Assembly (NCBI GenBank): GCA_963850305.1
Contig: CAWKKR010000004.1
Location: 224,001-288,000 of the forward strand
Reading direction: 5' to 3'
Source of the DNA: an uncultured delta proteobacterium
GTDB taxonomy: Bacteria; Myxococcota_A; Polyangia; Polyangiales; Polyangiaceae
Length of the DNA: 64,000 nt
In this document: positions 9,825-22,000 of the stretch, one piece after another
Layout of the letters: the number at the start of each line of letters is the position of its first letter
Position numbering within the stretch: the stretch's first letter is position 1
Program-made: the position numbers and the translations under genes
Notes under the pieces: model-generated
Told to the model about the DNA's origin: nothing
Databases searched by the model: none
Seen by the model: the letters and a program-made list of their open reading frames with translations, nothing else

Positions 9825-11074
9825 GCGCCACCATCGTTCGAGTCAGGAGCACGGCCGTCGTCTTCGGATGGGGTCGCTCTGGCCTCCTGGGTAGCAGGGC
9901 GCGCCGCACGCGGTCCGGAGGGTGCCCGCATCGGCGTCGTGAGCGGCGCCAGGCGCTGGACGCTCCCCGCCCCGGGGATCACGATTGATTGCGCGTCGGG
10001 CTCACTCTTGTCCTTGTCCGGTTTCGCGCGGCGCAATGGCGCAGGAGGCTGACTCGGCGGGCGTTCGCGTTCGCCCTCGGTTTCGGCCGTGCGGATCCGT
10101 GTCGTCGGCGTCTCGCCGTGATCACTTGGCACCGAGACGAGCGTCGAGTCTTCCGCAGGCTCCGCCTGGCGCAATGGTTCCGCGCGCGACCGGGGCGATT
10201 CGGGCGCTCGGATCACGAGCACCTGCTCGGCGGCGAGGCGGTGAGAAACCGGTTCCCGCTTGGCGGACGTCTTCTGGCGTCGGCGTCGCGGAGCGAACAC
10301 GCCCTCGAGCGCGCGCCTCAGCCCGGGGCCGTCGAGATTGCCGACGATGTTCCCGTTGAAACAGAAGCTTATCGTTCCTCGTTCTTCGCTGACGACCACG
10401 ACGACCGCATCCGTCTCTTCGGTGATTCCGAGAGCGGCTCGGTGACGGGAGCCGAAGCTTGCGTCTAGGACGCGACCCTCCGGCATCGGAAAGAACACGC
10501 CGGCCTTCGCGATGCGAAGATCTCGAATGATGACCGCACCGTCGTGGAGCTTGTTCACCCCCTCAGGGACGAAGATGGAAACAAGAAGCTCACTCGAAAC
10601 GGCGGCGTCCAGCGAGTGACCCTTGTTGAGGCCGACGAACTCGTCCAGGTTCGCGTCCTGCTCGAACGCGATAATGGCGCCCATACGGTGACGCGCGAGT
10701 TCCGTCGATGCCTCGACGACCTCGTCGATGGCCTGGGATTCTCTCGCACGTGCGATGCCGAACCAGGGTTGACTCCCCATGCGCATCAGGCCCCGCCGGA
10801 TGTCGTTCTGGAAGACGACCACGAGGATCAGGATGACCGCGCCGGGGATCAGCGCACCGAGAACGCTGAGCAACGTGACAAAGTGAAGTTGATACGCGAC
10901 CAGATAAAGCGCGAACACGAACAGGAGACCGATGCCGATTTGCATGGCTCTGGTGCCACGAAGGACGAGGAGCGCGCGATAGACGAGATAATAGACGATC
11001 GCGACATCTACGAAGTCGCGTGCGATATCGACGAACGGGTGGCTCGCGAAGTAATCGAGGACGCTACCGAACAT
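9821..11074 (-). CDS. cdaA: diadenylate cyclase CdaA/DacA with long low-complexity C-terminal tail
   Basis: 3 N-terminal TMs (LRGTRAMQI...VVFQNDIRRGL); catalytic DGA (LHDGAVII) and RHR (GSRHRAALGITEETDA, VVSEERGTIS). Confidence 0.93.
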   Translation of the reverse strand: MFGSVLDYFASHPFVDIARDFVDVAIVYYLVYRALLVLRGTRAMQIGIGLLFVFALYLVAYQLHFVTLLSVLGALIPGAVILILVVVFQNDIRRGLMRMGSQPWFGIARARESQAIDEVVEASTELARHRMGAIIAFEQDANLDEFVGLNKGHSLDAAVSSELLVSIFVPEGVNKLHDGAVIIRDLRIAKAGVFFPMPEGRVLDASFGSRHRAALGITEETDAVVVVVSEERGTISFCFNGNIVGNLDGPGLRRALEGVFAPRRRRQKTSAKREPVSHRLAAEQVLVIRAPESPRSRAEPLRQAEPAEDSTLVSVPSDHGETPTTRIRTAETEGERERPPSQPPAPLRRAKPDKDKSEPDAQSIVIPGAGSVQRLAPLTTPMRAPSGPRAARPATQEARATPSEDDGRAPDSNDGGA

Positions 11075-11936
11075 GCGCGGCCTCCGTCAGGCTTCGAGGC
11101 TCCCGCGCGGCCTTGCGTACCGAGAGAGCCTGGCGCACTTCGCGAACGTCGTGCACGCGGAGGACGCGAGCCCCCTGATCCACCGCCGCGAGACACGCGG
11201 CGATGGTGCCACCGAGTCGGTCCTCGGCCGGAGCAGGATCCACGGCGGCAATGAAGGATTTGCGACCGGGTCCGACGACGATCGGGGCGTCCGACGCGAG
11301 CTCGTCGAGCCGGCCCAGCAACTCGAACGACTGGCGCGCATTCTTCGAAAACCCAAACCCCGGGTCGAACCAGATCCGGTCGGGGCGCATGCCCCTAGAC
11401 ACGGCCCGTTCGCGCGCCCTCGACAACTCCGCCCGGACGTCGGCGACCACGTCACCGTAGTCTCGATCAGGCCACGCGGAGAAACCGCTCATGGTCGACA
11501 TCGGGCCGCGTGAATGACAGACGACCAAGATGGCGTCGTGACGCGCCGCGATCGCCGCGACCTCTTCGTTTCGAAGGCACGATACGTCGTTCACGATCTT
11601 CGCACCGCGTCGCAGCGCAAATTCTGCGACCTCGGGATCCGTCGTGTCGATCGACACCGCCGCGCCCCGTCCCACCCCCCGGTCGAGCGCGGGCTGAGCG
11701 CGACGGATCTGCTCGGCTGTGGACACTTCGACCGCGCCCGGCCGACTCGACTCGGCGCCCACGTCGGCGATGGTGGCGCCTGCGTCGAGCACCGCGTCGA
11801 CCCGAGCCGCCGCCTCCGCCGGGTCGAGATAGCGCCCACCGTCGAAAAATGAGTCCGGCGTGACGTTCACGACGCCCATGATGGCCGCGCCCTGGGTGCG
11901 CACCGCCGCCTCGATGATTGCATAGAGCTCCGCCAA
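11064..11936 (-). CDS. folP: dihydropteroate synthase
   Basis: MGVVNVTPDSFFDGG, DVGAESSRPG, SIDT, NDVS, DPGFGF, GRKSFI, RVHDV. Confidence 0.95.
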   Translation of the reverse strand: MAELYAIIEAAVRTQGAAIMGVVNVTPDSFFDGGRYLDPAEAAARVDAVLDAGATIADVGAESSRPGAVEVSTAEQIRRAQPALDRGVGRGAAVSIDTTDPEVAEFALRRGAKIVNDVSCLRNEEVAAIAARHDAILVVCHSRGPMSTMSGFSAWPDRDYGDVVADVRAELSRARERAVSRGMRPDRIWFDPGFGFSKNARQSFELLGRLDELASDAPIVVGPGRKSFIAAVDPAPAEDRLGGTIAACLAAVDQGARVLRVHDVREVRQALSVRKAAREPRSLTEAAHVR

Positions 11937-12197
11937 TCCGCTCCTTCGACGAGATCCCCGCCCGCCGGAGTCACGCGCGCACGCGCACCACGGGTCGCCC
12001 CGGAGCGCTGAGCGCCGACGCGATTCGAGCAGGGGGCCGTCCTCCCAGCGCTAGCAAGAGCCGGGCCGTTAAGCAAAGGTTTCTGTCCGCTTTTCGCAGA
12101 CCCGGGGCCCTAGCTGACGCGCGGCGTTGCCGCGGGCGAGCCTGCCGGGCTACGTTGTACGCGCGGGAGCGCCGGCTCCGCCTACTTTTGAAGAGCA

Positions 12198-13928
12198 ATG
12201 CTGCGGACCCGCGTGAGAGCTGGGCCGATCGCAGGGCTCATTCTGAGCCTCGTGGCGGCTGTCATCCTGACACTGGTGCAAGCCGGCGATCTCCTCCTGA
12301 GCGGGTTCACGCCGACCTTCGATGAGCCAGTGCGAACCGCTTTGCGCATTCCCTACGGGCCGCGCATCGTCAGAGATTGGTCGAGCGGGCATGCGGAAAT
12401 GCGACTCGAGAATTTCCGCGTGGTCGTCCCCCCGGGCACGATCCTCTCGCCCACGCGCGAGGATCATCGCGCCGCATACCTGTACGAAAGGGTGCGACGC
12501 CCGACCTGGGAACGGCTGGGCGGGCTCTTCGTCATCGATTTCACGCTCGTGATGGCGCTGACGGCGTATCTGCGGAAGTTCGGGCAGGCCCGACTGCGGC
12601 TGGCGCGCAGCCAGGTCGGCGTGCTGCTCACGATGGGGCTCATCGCCATCGCCGCCAAGCTGCTGCTCGCGTTCACGGCCCTACCGGAATATTGGATTCC
12701 ACTGGCAGCCGCGCCGCTCTGGGTGTCGACGGCCTTCGACCGGCGGACAGGCGTCGTGTTGACAATCGTCCTCGCCTTCATAGTTGCGTCGTTCCTGAGG
12801 TTCGACCTGCTGCTCCTCACGACGATGACTGCCCAGGGGCTAGCCGCGACGCTCACGCTGTTCGACCGGAAGCGTTCGCGACATCTGCTCGTATCGGGGC
12901 TCGTGAGCGGCGCCAGCGCTGCGGCCGTGCTCGTCGCCGTCACGGCCGTCATCGAGGGGAACTTCGAGGTGCGTGCCGACCTCTCGCACCTGTCCGATTC
13001 GCGACTCGTCGCGTGCTTGGGAGGGGGGGCTGCGGCGGGCGTCATCGCCGCCGTGTTCCGAAGCTGGGTCCAGCGCCTGCTCGGTCACGTATCACGCGAA
13101 CGGCTCCTGGATCTCACGGACCTCGAGCAGCCGCTCTTGAAGAAGATGGCCCGGGAGGCCCCGGGTTCGTGGGAACACTCGCGCGCGATGGCCAATCTCG
13201 CGGAAGGCGCGTCAAGCGCCATCAAGGCGGACGCGCTCCTGACTCGGGTGGGCGCCTACTACCACGACCTCGGAAAGACCACGCAGCCGAAGTACTTCGT
13301 GGAAAATCTCGGTCCTAACGAAGCATCACCTCACGACGCGCTCGACCCCGAAGTGAGCGCGGACGCCATCATGTCGCACGTCGTCGTCGGCGCGAAGATT
13401 CTCCGTGAGGGCGGCATTCCGGAACCGGTCGTCGAATTCTGCTACACGCACCATGGCACGCAGCTCGTCGAATATTTTTACAACAAGTGCAACGAGCAAG
13501 GCAATCCGAAGCATCTGCGCGAGTCGCATTTTCGCTATCCCGGGATGAAGCCCCAGACGAAGGAGACTGCCATCCTGATGCTGGTAGATTCGATCGAAGC
13601 CGCCTCGCGGACCATCGATCCACCAGAGCGTGACCGATTCGAGACGATGATCCAGCGCATCATCTTCACGAAACTGAAGAGCGGTCAGCTCGACGATTGC
13701 GCACTGACCATCGAAGACCTCCGAACGCTCGTCACGCGGATGGCGGAAACGCTCGTGAACATGAACCACCATCGCATCAAGTATCAATGGCAGGCGAAGC
13801 AAGCCGAGGAATTCGGGGTTCCTCTTCAGGTTGCGCGCGCCGGCGACTCGATTTCGCCTCCGCCGTCATCGGCGACTCCCCCCGTCGTTATTCCTTCGCA
13901 CGGGCCGTCGACGCCCCCGAGCAAGTGA
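12198..13928 (+). CDS. multi-TM HDIG phosphohydrolase, PgpH-like (candidate c-di-AMP phosphodiesterase)
   Basis: ~7 TM helices, then EAPGSWEHS, GAYYHDLGK, PKYFVEN, HV, HHGT, FRYPGMKPQTKETAILMLVDSIEAASR, all typical of 7TM-HD/PgpH proteins. Confidence 0.85.
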   Translation: MLRTRVRAGPIAGLILSLVAAVILTLVQAGDLLLSGFTPTFDEPVRTALRIPYGPRIVRDWSSGHAEMRLENFRVVVPPGTILSPTREDHRAAYLYERVRRPTWERLGGLFVIDFTLVMALTAYLRKFGQARLRLARSQVGVLLTMGLIAIAAKLLLAFTALPEYWIPLAAAPLWVSTAFDRRTGVVLTIVLAFIVASFLRFDLLLLTTMTAQGLAATLTLFDRKRSRHLLVSGLVSGASAAAVLVAVTAVIEGNFEVRADLSHLSDSRLVACLGGGAAAGVIAAVFRSWVQRLLGHVSRERLLDLTDLEQPLLKKMAREAPGSWEHSRAMANLAEGASSAIKADALLTRVGAYYHDLGKTTQPKYFVENLGPNEASPHDALDPEVSADAIMSHVVVGAKILREGGIPEPVVEFCYTHHGTQLVEYFYNKCNEQGNPKHLRESHFRYPGMKPQTKETAILMLVDSIEAASRTIDPPERDRFETMIQRIIFTKLKSGQLDDCALTIEDLRTLVTRMAETLVNMNHHRIKYQWQAKQAEEFGVPLQVARAGDSISPPPSSATPPVVIPSHGPSTPPSK

Positions 13929-13931
13929 CGG

Positions 13932-15293
13932 ATGTGGCCATATCCGAGTCCCCGCGCGACGTTTCGTGAGCGATGCGAACGGCTCGATCGCCGACTCCCC
14001 GGGCCGAAGCTCTTCGCATCCGGGTTCTCACGGCCCAGAAACTTCGCTCACAACCCATATCCGTTTCGCGCAGAAAGCCACTTCCTCTATTTCGTCGGCG
14101 TGGCGCTCGAGGGCGCGGCGCTCCTCGTCGACGGGGACGACACCGCGGTTTACGTCGACCCGCCAAATCCGGACGATGCCCTGTGGTTCGGCCCGCGACC
14201 TCGGCTCGATGAACTGGCACGAACTCTCGAAATGGACGTGCGGCCACTCGACGAGCTTTCGCCCGGCGAGGGAGCTGCGCTATTGCCGCCGCAGGATCCC
14301 GAGACGGCATTCTTCTTGTCGGATCTGGTCGGACGCGACGTCGAATCCTGCGGCGGGGACGTTCTCGATGGGCTCGACGCGGCGCTCGCCGACGCCGTCA
14401 TCGCGCTTCGTCTGCTCAACGACGACGCCGCCGTGGCACAACTCCGGCTCGCCGCCGAAGCGACGCAGGCGGCGCACCGCGCGGGCCGCGACGCGACGCG
14501 ACCCGGCGTTCGCGAGGCCTCGGTTCGAGCGGCCATGGAACACGCGATCGTCGCGCGCGGCATGACGACCGCGTATGCTCCCATCGTCACCGTCCGGGGC
14601 GAGATCCTCCACGCAAACCAGTACCATCGCGAGCTTCGGGGCGGCGACCTGTTGCTCGCGGACGTCGGAGCCGAGACGCCGGAAGGCTGGGCTGGAGACG
14701 TGACGCGCGTCTGGCCGGTCTCGGGACGCTTCTCGACGACGCAGCGCGAACTCTACGAGGTCGTTCTCGGCGCACAGGAAGCGGCCATTCGCACGGTACG
14801 TTCCGGGGTGCGGTATCGCGACGTTCATCGAGTCGCCGGACTCGAGCTCGCGCGAGGGCTGGTCGCGCTCGGCATTCTGCGCGGCATTCCCGAGGAACTT
14901 CACGACAGCGGCGCCGCGGCACTCTTTTTTCCGCACGGCGTGGGCCACCTGCTCGGACTAGACGTTCACGACATGGAAGATCTCGGGGACCGGGCCGGGT
15001 ATGCGCCCGGACGCGCGCGTGCGATGGGTCCTGCCGAACGCTATTTGCGGCTGGATCGGGATCTGGAGCCTGGCATGTGCGTCACCATCGAGCCGGGCTT
15101 TTACCGGATACCATCGATCCTCGACGACCCGCTCGCGCCGTCGGCGTTGAAGGACGTGATCGATGCTCCCACACTGGCGAAGTTCGCCGACGTAAGGGGC
15201 ATCCGGATCGAGGATGACGTACTCGTCACGACCGGAGGCGCGGAAGTGCTCACCCGGGAGATCCCGAAGCGCGTTGCCGACGTGGAGCGCTAA
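13932..15293 (+). CDS. pepP: Xaa-Pro aminopeptidase (M24B)
   Basis: FRAESHFLY, ILH, DVGAE...GDVTRVWP, HGVGHLLGLDVHD, TIEPGFY, GIRIEDDV. Confidence 0.9.
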   Translation: MWPYPSPRATFRERCERLDRRLPGPKLFASGFSRPRNFAHNPYPFRAESHFLYFVGVALEGAALLVDGDDTAVYVDPPNPDDALWFGPRPRLDELARTLEMDVRPLDELSPGEGAALLPPQDPETAFFLSDLVGRDVESCGGDVLDGLDAALADAVIALRLLNDDAAVAQLRLAAEATQAAHRAGRDATRPGVREASVRAAMEHAIVARGMTTAYAPIVTVRGEILHANQYHRELRGGDLLLADVGAETPEGWAGDVTRVWPVSGRFSTTQRELYEVVLGAQEAAIRTVRSGVRYRDVHRVAGLELARGLVALGILRGIPEELHDSGAAALFFPHGVGHLLGLDVHDMEDLGDRAGYAPGRARAMGPAERYLRLDRDLEPGMCVTIEPGFYRIPSILDDPLAPSALKDVIDAPTLAKFADVRGIRIEDDVLVTTGGAEVLTREIPKRVADVER

Positions 15294-15307
15294 CCCGGAG
15301 ATCGCCG

Positions 15308-16534
15308 CTACGCTCGCGCGAGACCTTCGACTCTGGCTTCGGCCTCGAGCACTTGCTGTGTCCACTCCGGCGGCACCGGCGTCACGAGGTCGACCAGCAC
15401 GCTCGCCAGCGCGCCGGCCGCGAGCGCGTCACGTGCCTCGCTCGAACCCGTGAGCAGATCGATCGCGGGAGCCCGGGTCTCGAACTCGTAGGGCGAGGTA
15501 CGGAGTGCAAAGTCTTCCGGAGCCTGCGCGCGCGCGAGCGCAAGAAGCGTCAGATACGTCGTCACGGGACGGAAGCGGGTCGGGTCGGTCACGTGCAACA
15601 TCACTCCCCGACAGACCTCCCCAACATGCTTTTCGAACGTCGGACGAAACGCGACCGGTCGCACGAGAACGCCCGGCAACCCCGCGTCGAGCAGCGACTG
15701 CGCCAGCTCCGGTCCGCGAAGAAACGGCGCGCCGACCAGCTGAAACGGCGCCGTCGTTCCGCGTCCTTCGGACAAATTCGTGGCCTCCACGAGGCAGGCG
15801 CCGGGATAAACCAGCGCCGTCTCGGGCGTCGGCATGTTCGGAGAGGGCATGATGAACGGCCGATCCCATGCGAGTGCGGTGCGACATCGCTCCCAGCCGA
15901 GCACCGAGACGACGGACAGAGCACCGTCCTGCCCGAGGGCCTGCGCGTCACGCGCGAAGAACATCGCGAGAATCTCTCCGATGGTCATCGAATGCCGGAT
16001 CGGGAGCGGCTCGAGCCCGACGAATGACAACAGCCCCTCGCTCTGCGGCTTTCCCTCGAGCAAGGAGGGATCGCCGGAGATCGGATTCGGTCGATCCAGC
16101 ACTACCGTGTGCACTCCCGCCGCCGCTGCGGCACGAGCGCTCAGCAGCGCCGTCCAGACGTACGTGTAGTAGCGGCTCCCGACGTCGGCGAGGTCGATGA
16201 GGAGCGTGGAAATGCCCTCGAGCTGCGCCCGCGTCGGTGCGAGGGAATCGAACGTCTTTCCGTACAGACTGACGATCGGTGCGCCCGTCGGACCGTCGGG
16301 CGTGACCTCCGGCGACGGAACGGCTTCTTCCGCCTGCGCGACCGCCTCGAAGCCGTGCTCCGGCGTGAAGACGACGCGCGGCACGATCCCCAGTTCTTCG
16401 AGCACCACCAGCAGGTGACGACCGCGACGATCGACCGCGGCCGCGTGCGTGAGGACGGCAACATCGGCGCCGCGTAGCCGGCGTCGGAGGTTCGATAGCT
16501 GGCCGCCCGAGAGCCGATCAATTCCCCAGAGCAT
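15308..16534 (-). CDS. namZ: DUF1343 exo-beta-N-acetylmuramidase NamZ-like
   Basis: FTPEHG, SLYG, DLADVGSRYYTY, LDRPNPI, RHSMTIGE, PSPNMPT, NLSEGRGT. Confidence 0.88.
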   Translation of the reverse strand: MLWGIDRLSGGQLSNLRRRLRGADVAVLTHAAAVDRRGRHLLVVLEELGIVPRVVFTPEHGFEAVAQAEEAVPSPEVTPDGPTGAPIVSLYGKTFDSLAPTRAQLEGISTLLIDLADVGSRYYTYVWTALLSARAAAAAGVHTVVLDRPNPISGDPSLLEGKPQSEGLLSFVGLEPLPIRHSMTIGEILAMFFARDAQALGQDGALSVVSVLGWERCRTALAWDRPFIMPSPNMPTPETALVYPGACLVEATNLSEGRGTTAPFQLVGAPFLRGPELAQSLLDAGLPGVLVRPVAFRPTFEKHVGEVCRGVMLHVTDPTRFRPVTTYLTLLALARAQAPEDFALRTSPYEFETRAPAIDLLTGSSEARDALAAGALASVLVDLVTPVPPEWTQQVLEAEARVEGLARA

Positions 16535-16639
16535 CGAATAATCCTTTTCTTATCGAATGGTTATACAACAGTAGCTGGGTGAAGCGCACTACGCAAGTCG
16601 TTGCGATTGGGCCAGTGCTCGGTTAGCATTTTTTGCACA

Positions 16640-18004
<1,365 letters not shown>

Positions 18005-18169
18005 GCTCTCCCGGCGACGGCGTCGAGTTCCTCGACCTGCAGGGCGGTGCGGACTTCCAGGTGATCTGGCCGATCGAATCACGCTGCAACCTTACCGTGT
18101 AAGAGCGATTCGCGGCCGTCCTTTCCGCCCGGCTGGAAAGCACTGCGCAAAGAGCTATACGATGAGGCC

Positions 18170-18706
18170 ATGAAATGCGCGCTCACGGGAATGCTGGTGC
18201 TCGCCATCGCGGGATGCGGCCCCTCTTACGGTGGCCAAGACGTGAAGACTCCGGATCAGATCGTCGACGAACAGGAGCAGATCGCGGCACAGGAGGAGAA
18301 GGCGAACAAGGCGCGTGGTGACGACGACGCGGCCTACGAGAACCAGGAGACCGACTCGGAGAAGAAGCGCGAGTTCGACAAGAAGCAGGTCAAGATGGAA
18401 CTGGAACGCGCCACTCGGTCGGCCGAAAGCTGCCCGGGCGTCGTTGCCGGGGAAGAAACCAAGGAAAACCGCCAGCGCGGCGACACACGAGTCACCGTCA
18501 CGTTCCAAGAAGACGGCACGGTGAAGAGCGCGGAAGTCCCCTCGCCTTTCGACGGTACCCCCGTGGGCGACTGCGTTCTGCGAGCCTACAAGGCCGTCAT
18601 CGTACCCCCCTTCAGCGGCGGGGATCAGATCGTGGACTGGGATCTCACGCTGAAGGATCAGCCCGGCGACGACAGCGGCGCCCAGAACAAGAAGAAGAAG
18701 AACTGA
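18170..18706 (+). CDS. lipoprotein with TonB-C-like (AgmX/PglI C-terminal-like) domain
   Basis: Lipobox IAGC; C...GDTRVTVTFQEDGTVKSAEV...GTPVGDCV...VPPFSG pattern. Confidence 0.65.
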   Translation: MKCALTGMLVLAIAGCGPSYGGQDVKTPDQIVDEQEQIAAQEEKANKARGDDDAAYENQETDSEKKREFDKKQVKMELERATRSAESCPGVVAGEETKENRQRGDTRVTVTFQEDGTVKSAEVPSPFDGTPVGDCVLRAYKAVIVPPFSGGDQIVDWDLTLKDQPGDDSGAQNKKKKN

Positions 18707-18760
18707 TCTCCGTCGCGCGAGGCATTGCTCGCGTCCGCGGGGGATCGAGATTTTGTTTTT
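18705..18760 (+). terminator. possible intrinsic terminator
   Basis: CGCGAG/CTCGCG inner stem and GATCTCC/GGGGATC outer stem followed by TTTTGTTTTT right after the stop codon. Confidence 0.4.
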
Positions 18761-18806
18761 GCGACTTTGTGGAACACGCGAGGGAAGGTAAAACCGTCGT
18801 CCCGCG

Positions 18807-19010
18807 ATGGATCCGTCCGAAGTCCAGACCGCCCTCGAGGCCGCCAACGTCGCGCTCTCGGGCCGGCGCCGGCGCGAAGCGAGCAGCTTCGCGTCGGTCG
18901 AACTCAGGACTCCCGACCCGGAGCGCGGGACGAGTCATTGGGAAGTCTTGCTGTCGACGGCGCTCGGGCTACTGACGGTGGTCGCGCTCCTCGTGCTCTG
19001 GTTTTACTGA
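18807..19010 (+). CDS. small hypothetical protein with C-terminal TM anchor
   Basis: 67 aa, fills the gap between genes, hydrophobic C-terminus VLLSTALGLLTVVALLVLWFY. Confidence 0.5.
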   Translation: MDPSEVQTALEAANVALSGRRRREASSFASVELRTPDPERGTSHWEVLLSTALGLLTVVALLVLWFY

Positions 19011-19044
19011 GCCGAGGCGTCGCGCCCGCGCGAAAGCCTGGAGG

Positions 19045-22000
19045 TTACCGACCGAAGCGCGCCTTGCCCGCGGACTCCCACCATTCTTGATAGCGGCGTT
19101 GCGCTTTCCCGCGCTCGGCAGCCGACAGGTCGTCGTAATAGCCGAAGTATTCCTTCGTCAGTGTCTTCAATTCTTCGCCGGTGGCGCGACGGATATCGGC
19201 GTCATCGTGCATCAACGAGTCGATCAGCCACTCGATGCGGTGCCGATCGGCGTTGGCCCGCCACCACGTGTCCCACGCTTCGACGTCTCGGCCGAGCGCT
19301 TGTCGCGTGATGAGGCCGAGGGCCCACTGCGCCGATTGCCCGATGTCGTCGTTGCCCGCGACCAGCTTGACGAGCCGCGGCACGGCGCGGCCGTCGCGAA
19401 AATGCGCGAGCGCCTCGAGAGCGGCGACCCGCGTGTCGACCGAGCCGGTCTTGTCTTCGGCGATCGCCAGAACGGCGTCTCGAAGTGCCGTCCGCGCGTC
19501 CTCGTCGGCCTGGAGCAGACGACCCGCTTCGATCGCGGCGCGGCGAACGTCCGACTGCGCATCGCTCACGCGTCTCGCGACCGCGTGCGCCGAGTCGACG
19601 GTCGCGATTTCGCCGAGTAGCTGGGTCGCCCAAGCTCGAACGGATGGCTCCCTGTCGTTGCTGCGGACGACGAGAAACGGCACTGCCGGCAGCCCGATAC
19701 GCGCCAACGCCTTCAGTACGGGACCACGCTCCGACGCCCGCTCCTTCGCCGCGAGGCGATCCGAATCTTCGGTGACTGGCCCCGGAAATTGCGACACCAG
19801 CAGCGAAGCGGCATTGACACCATGCTGGACGAGTCCGTCGATTGCGCCCTCGTCGCCGCGGAGCAGGCGGTTGACGAGCGCGTCCAGGTCGTGGTCGATG
19901 TTGAGGATGACCGTTGGAAGGCGGAGTTCCTCGGAACTGTGCGGCTTCACCGGCAGCTTCGCGGCAACCACGACCTGCGAGTCCGGTACCCCCCGCACGA
20001 CGTCCTCGTCGTCGGCAGACCACTCGACTTCTTGCGATTCGATCGCGGGCCCGTCATCTACAGCCCTCACCCTGGGCGTGGGACGGGGGGGCTTGAGAGA
20101 GAGCGCACCATCCGGCAGTGTCGACGCGTAAGCCGGGGTCACGCGCTTGCTCAGCGCGAAGACCGGGGTACCGAGCTCCGCGGGCGGCGGAACGGACGCG
20201 TGGCGGGGAGTTCCCTGCGCCGGAGTGGCATGCCTCGAAATGGGCAAGGGAGGCGGCTGAGCCGGGCTCGGAATCCCCCGCTTGGTATCGATGCGCTTCG
20301 ACGTGGACTCGGCTTCTGCCCGAGGCGGCTCCGGCAATGTCACTGGACGGACGGTCGTCTCGAGCGCCTGCGCCAGCGCGTCCACGCGTTCCTCTCGGGA
20401 TGGCATCAAGGAACGCGGCCGCAGCGATGGGCGGATACTCGCCGCCGAGTGATCGCCGTCCACGGCCCGCCGTACGGCGGTCTTCTTTCGCAAGATGACG
20501 TTTTCGAGTGCCGTGGCGACGAGCGAGGAAAATGAAAGCACGTCGCCGATCTCCGACAATGCGACGTCGACCGCGCCGTGGTCCCCGTAAAGGATGAGCA
20601 CGCAACGGTCACGCACCGTCAACGGCAAGAGCAACACCTTCTTGTCCGCGCGGCGCTCGAGATCGATGGCGAGTCGCGCGTCGAGGCCGTCCTTCGCAAG
20701 CGGCGCGATGTTGAAGCGACCCTCGGCCCGCACCGTGGCCAGGGAGCCCGGCAGATCGAGCGGAACTCCGATGCCGTTCACCTTCGCCTGGTCCGCGCCC
20801 GGGCCGCGACTCATGCGACCCTCCGCGAGATCCCCGTGAACGGCGAAGAGCACCGAGTATTCGAAATACTGGCAGCAAAAATCGAAGAACGCGGCGAGCA
20901 CACCATCGCGGCCGTCGGCTTCGAGAAGATCTTTTTCCGCCTCGGCGGCGGTGTAAGGGCCACGGTGTCGCGATCGTCCGCGACGCGACGCCTCATCCGC
21001 GGTCGGAGCCAGCACGAAGCCAGCCATTCTGCGGGGCGCGCCCGGCGGAATCGAGCTGGGTCGCACGGATGGCGCATGTGACGGCGAGGGGCTCGCGACG
21101 GCCACTGCCGCTCGCGGGGGCCCCGGATGCGGCGTCACCGACGTGGGCGACGGGCCACGGGTCGTCGTCGGGGGCGGCTCCGAACGCCGCTCCGGAGGCG
21201 CATGCGGAGCGAGGCGTGGGGGCTCGGAGGGTAGCGCGACCGCCGGCGGTCTCGACACGTCCGGCGCGGGCGGCGTGGAGTTCGGATCTCCAGGCGGCGT
21301 GGGCGCCGTGACGCGGCTGAATAACGCGGCATTCGGCTCGATCACGACGGGCCACGGACGGGTACCCTCGTCCGTTCGCGGCGCGACCGCCGGCGCGGGC
21401 GCCGTCAGCCGTTCGTGGATCGACTCGTCCGCCGGCTCGGGCTCGGCAACCGCCACGACAGGAGCCGTCAGGATCGTCGGCGCGTGGATCGTGACGGGCG
21501 CCTTGAGCACGAGCTGCGGCGCGCGCAAGCCTATGGCGCCGTAGGAGGGGGAGGTCTCACCGGGAAGTCCGAGCGCCGGAATGGACGGCGGTCGGGGCAA
21601 CGACGTGATGTCCGGAACCGCGGCAAACGCCGAGGGGACCATGCTCGGACTCGGATCGGGCTTCCCTTCGAGCTTCGCGACGACTCTCTCCGTCCTCCGA
21701 TCCAGCGGTAAGCGATAGTCCCGGCTGATCGCCTGGCGCACGCGAACCAGCGGGGCCACCCTCTGAACGAGACTGACTCCGAGCCCGAAGCGAAGGTCCT
21801 GTTCCACCTCGGGACGCATGGGTTCGCTCACGGCGATGACGAGCGAGTCGCCAGCTCGCTCGAGCGGGTAGAGCCCGTGCCGGAAGGCGACGTCGCCGGG
21901 TACGAGGCTCCGAGTCTCGACCGAAGCGCGCGGCAGCTCGCCCGCGGGCGCCGCCTGAAGCTGATGTGTCTCGGCGAGCAACTCGATCAGCGCCTGCTCG

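Noticed and set aside
11937..12197. c-di-AMP (ydaO) riboswitch in the folP / HD-protein intergenic region
   Set aside because: I could not find the conserved ydaO core motifs by eye. An Rfam scan would be needed.
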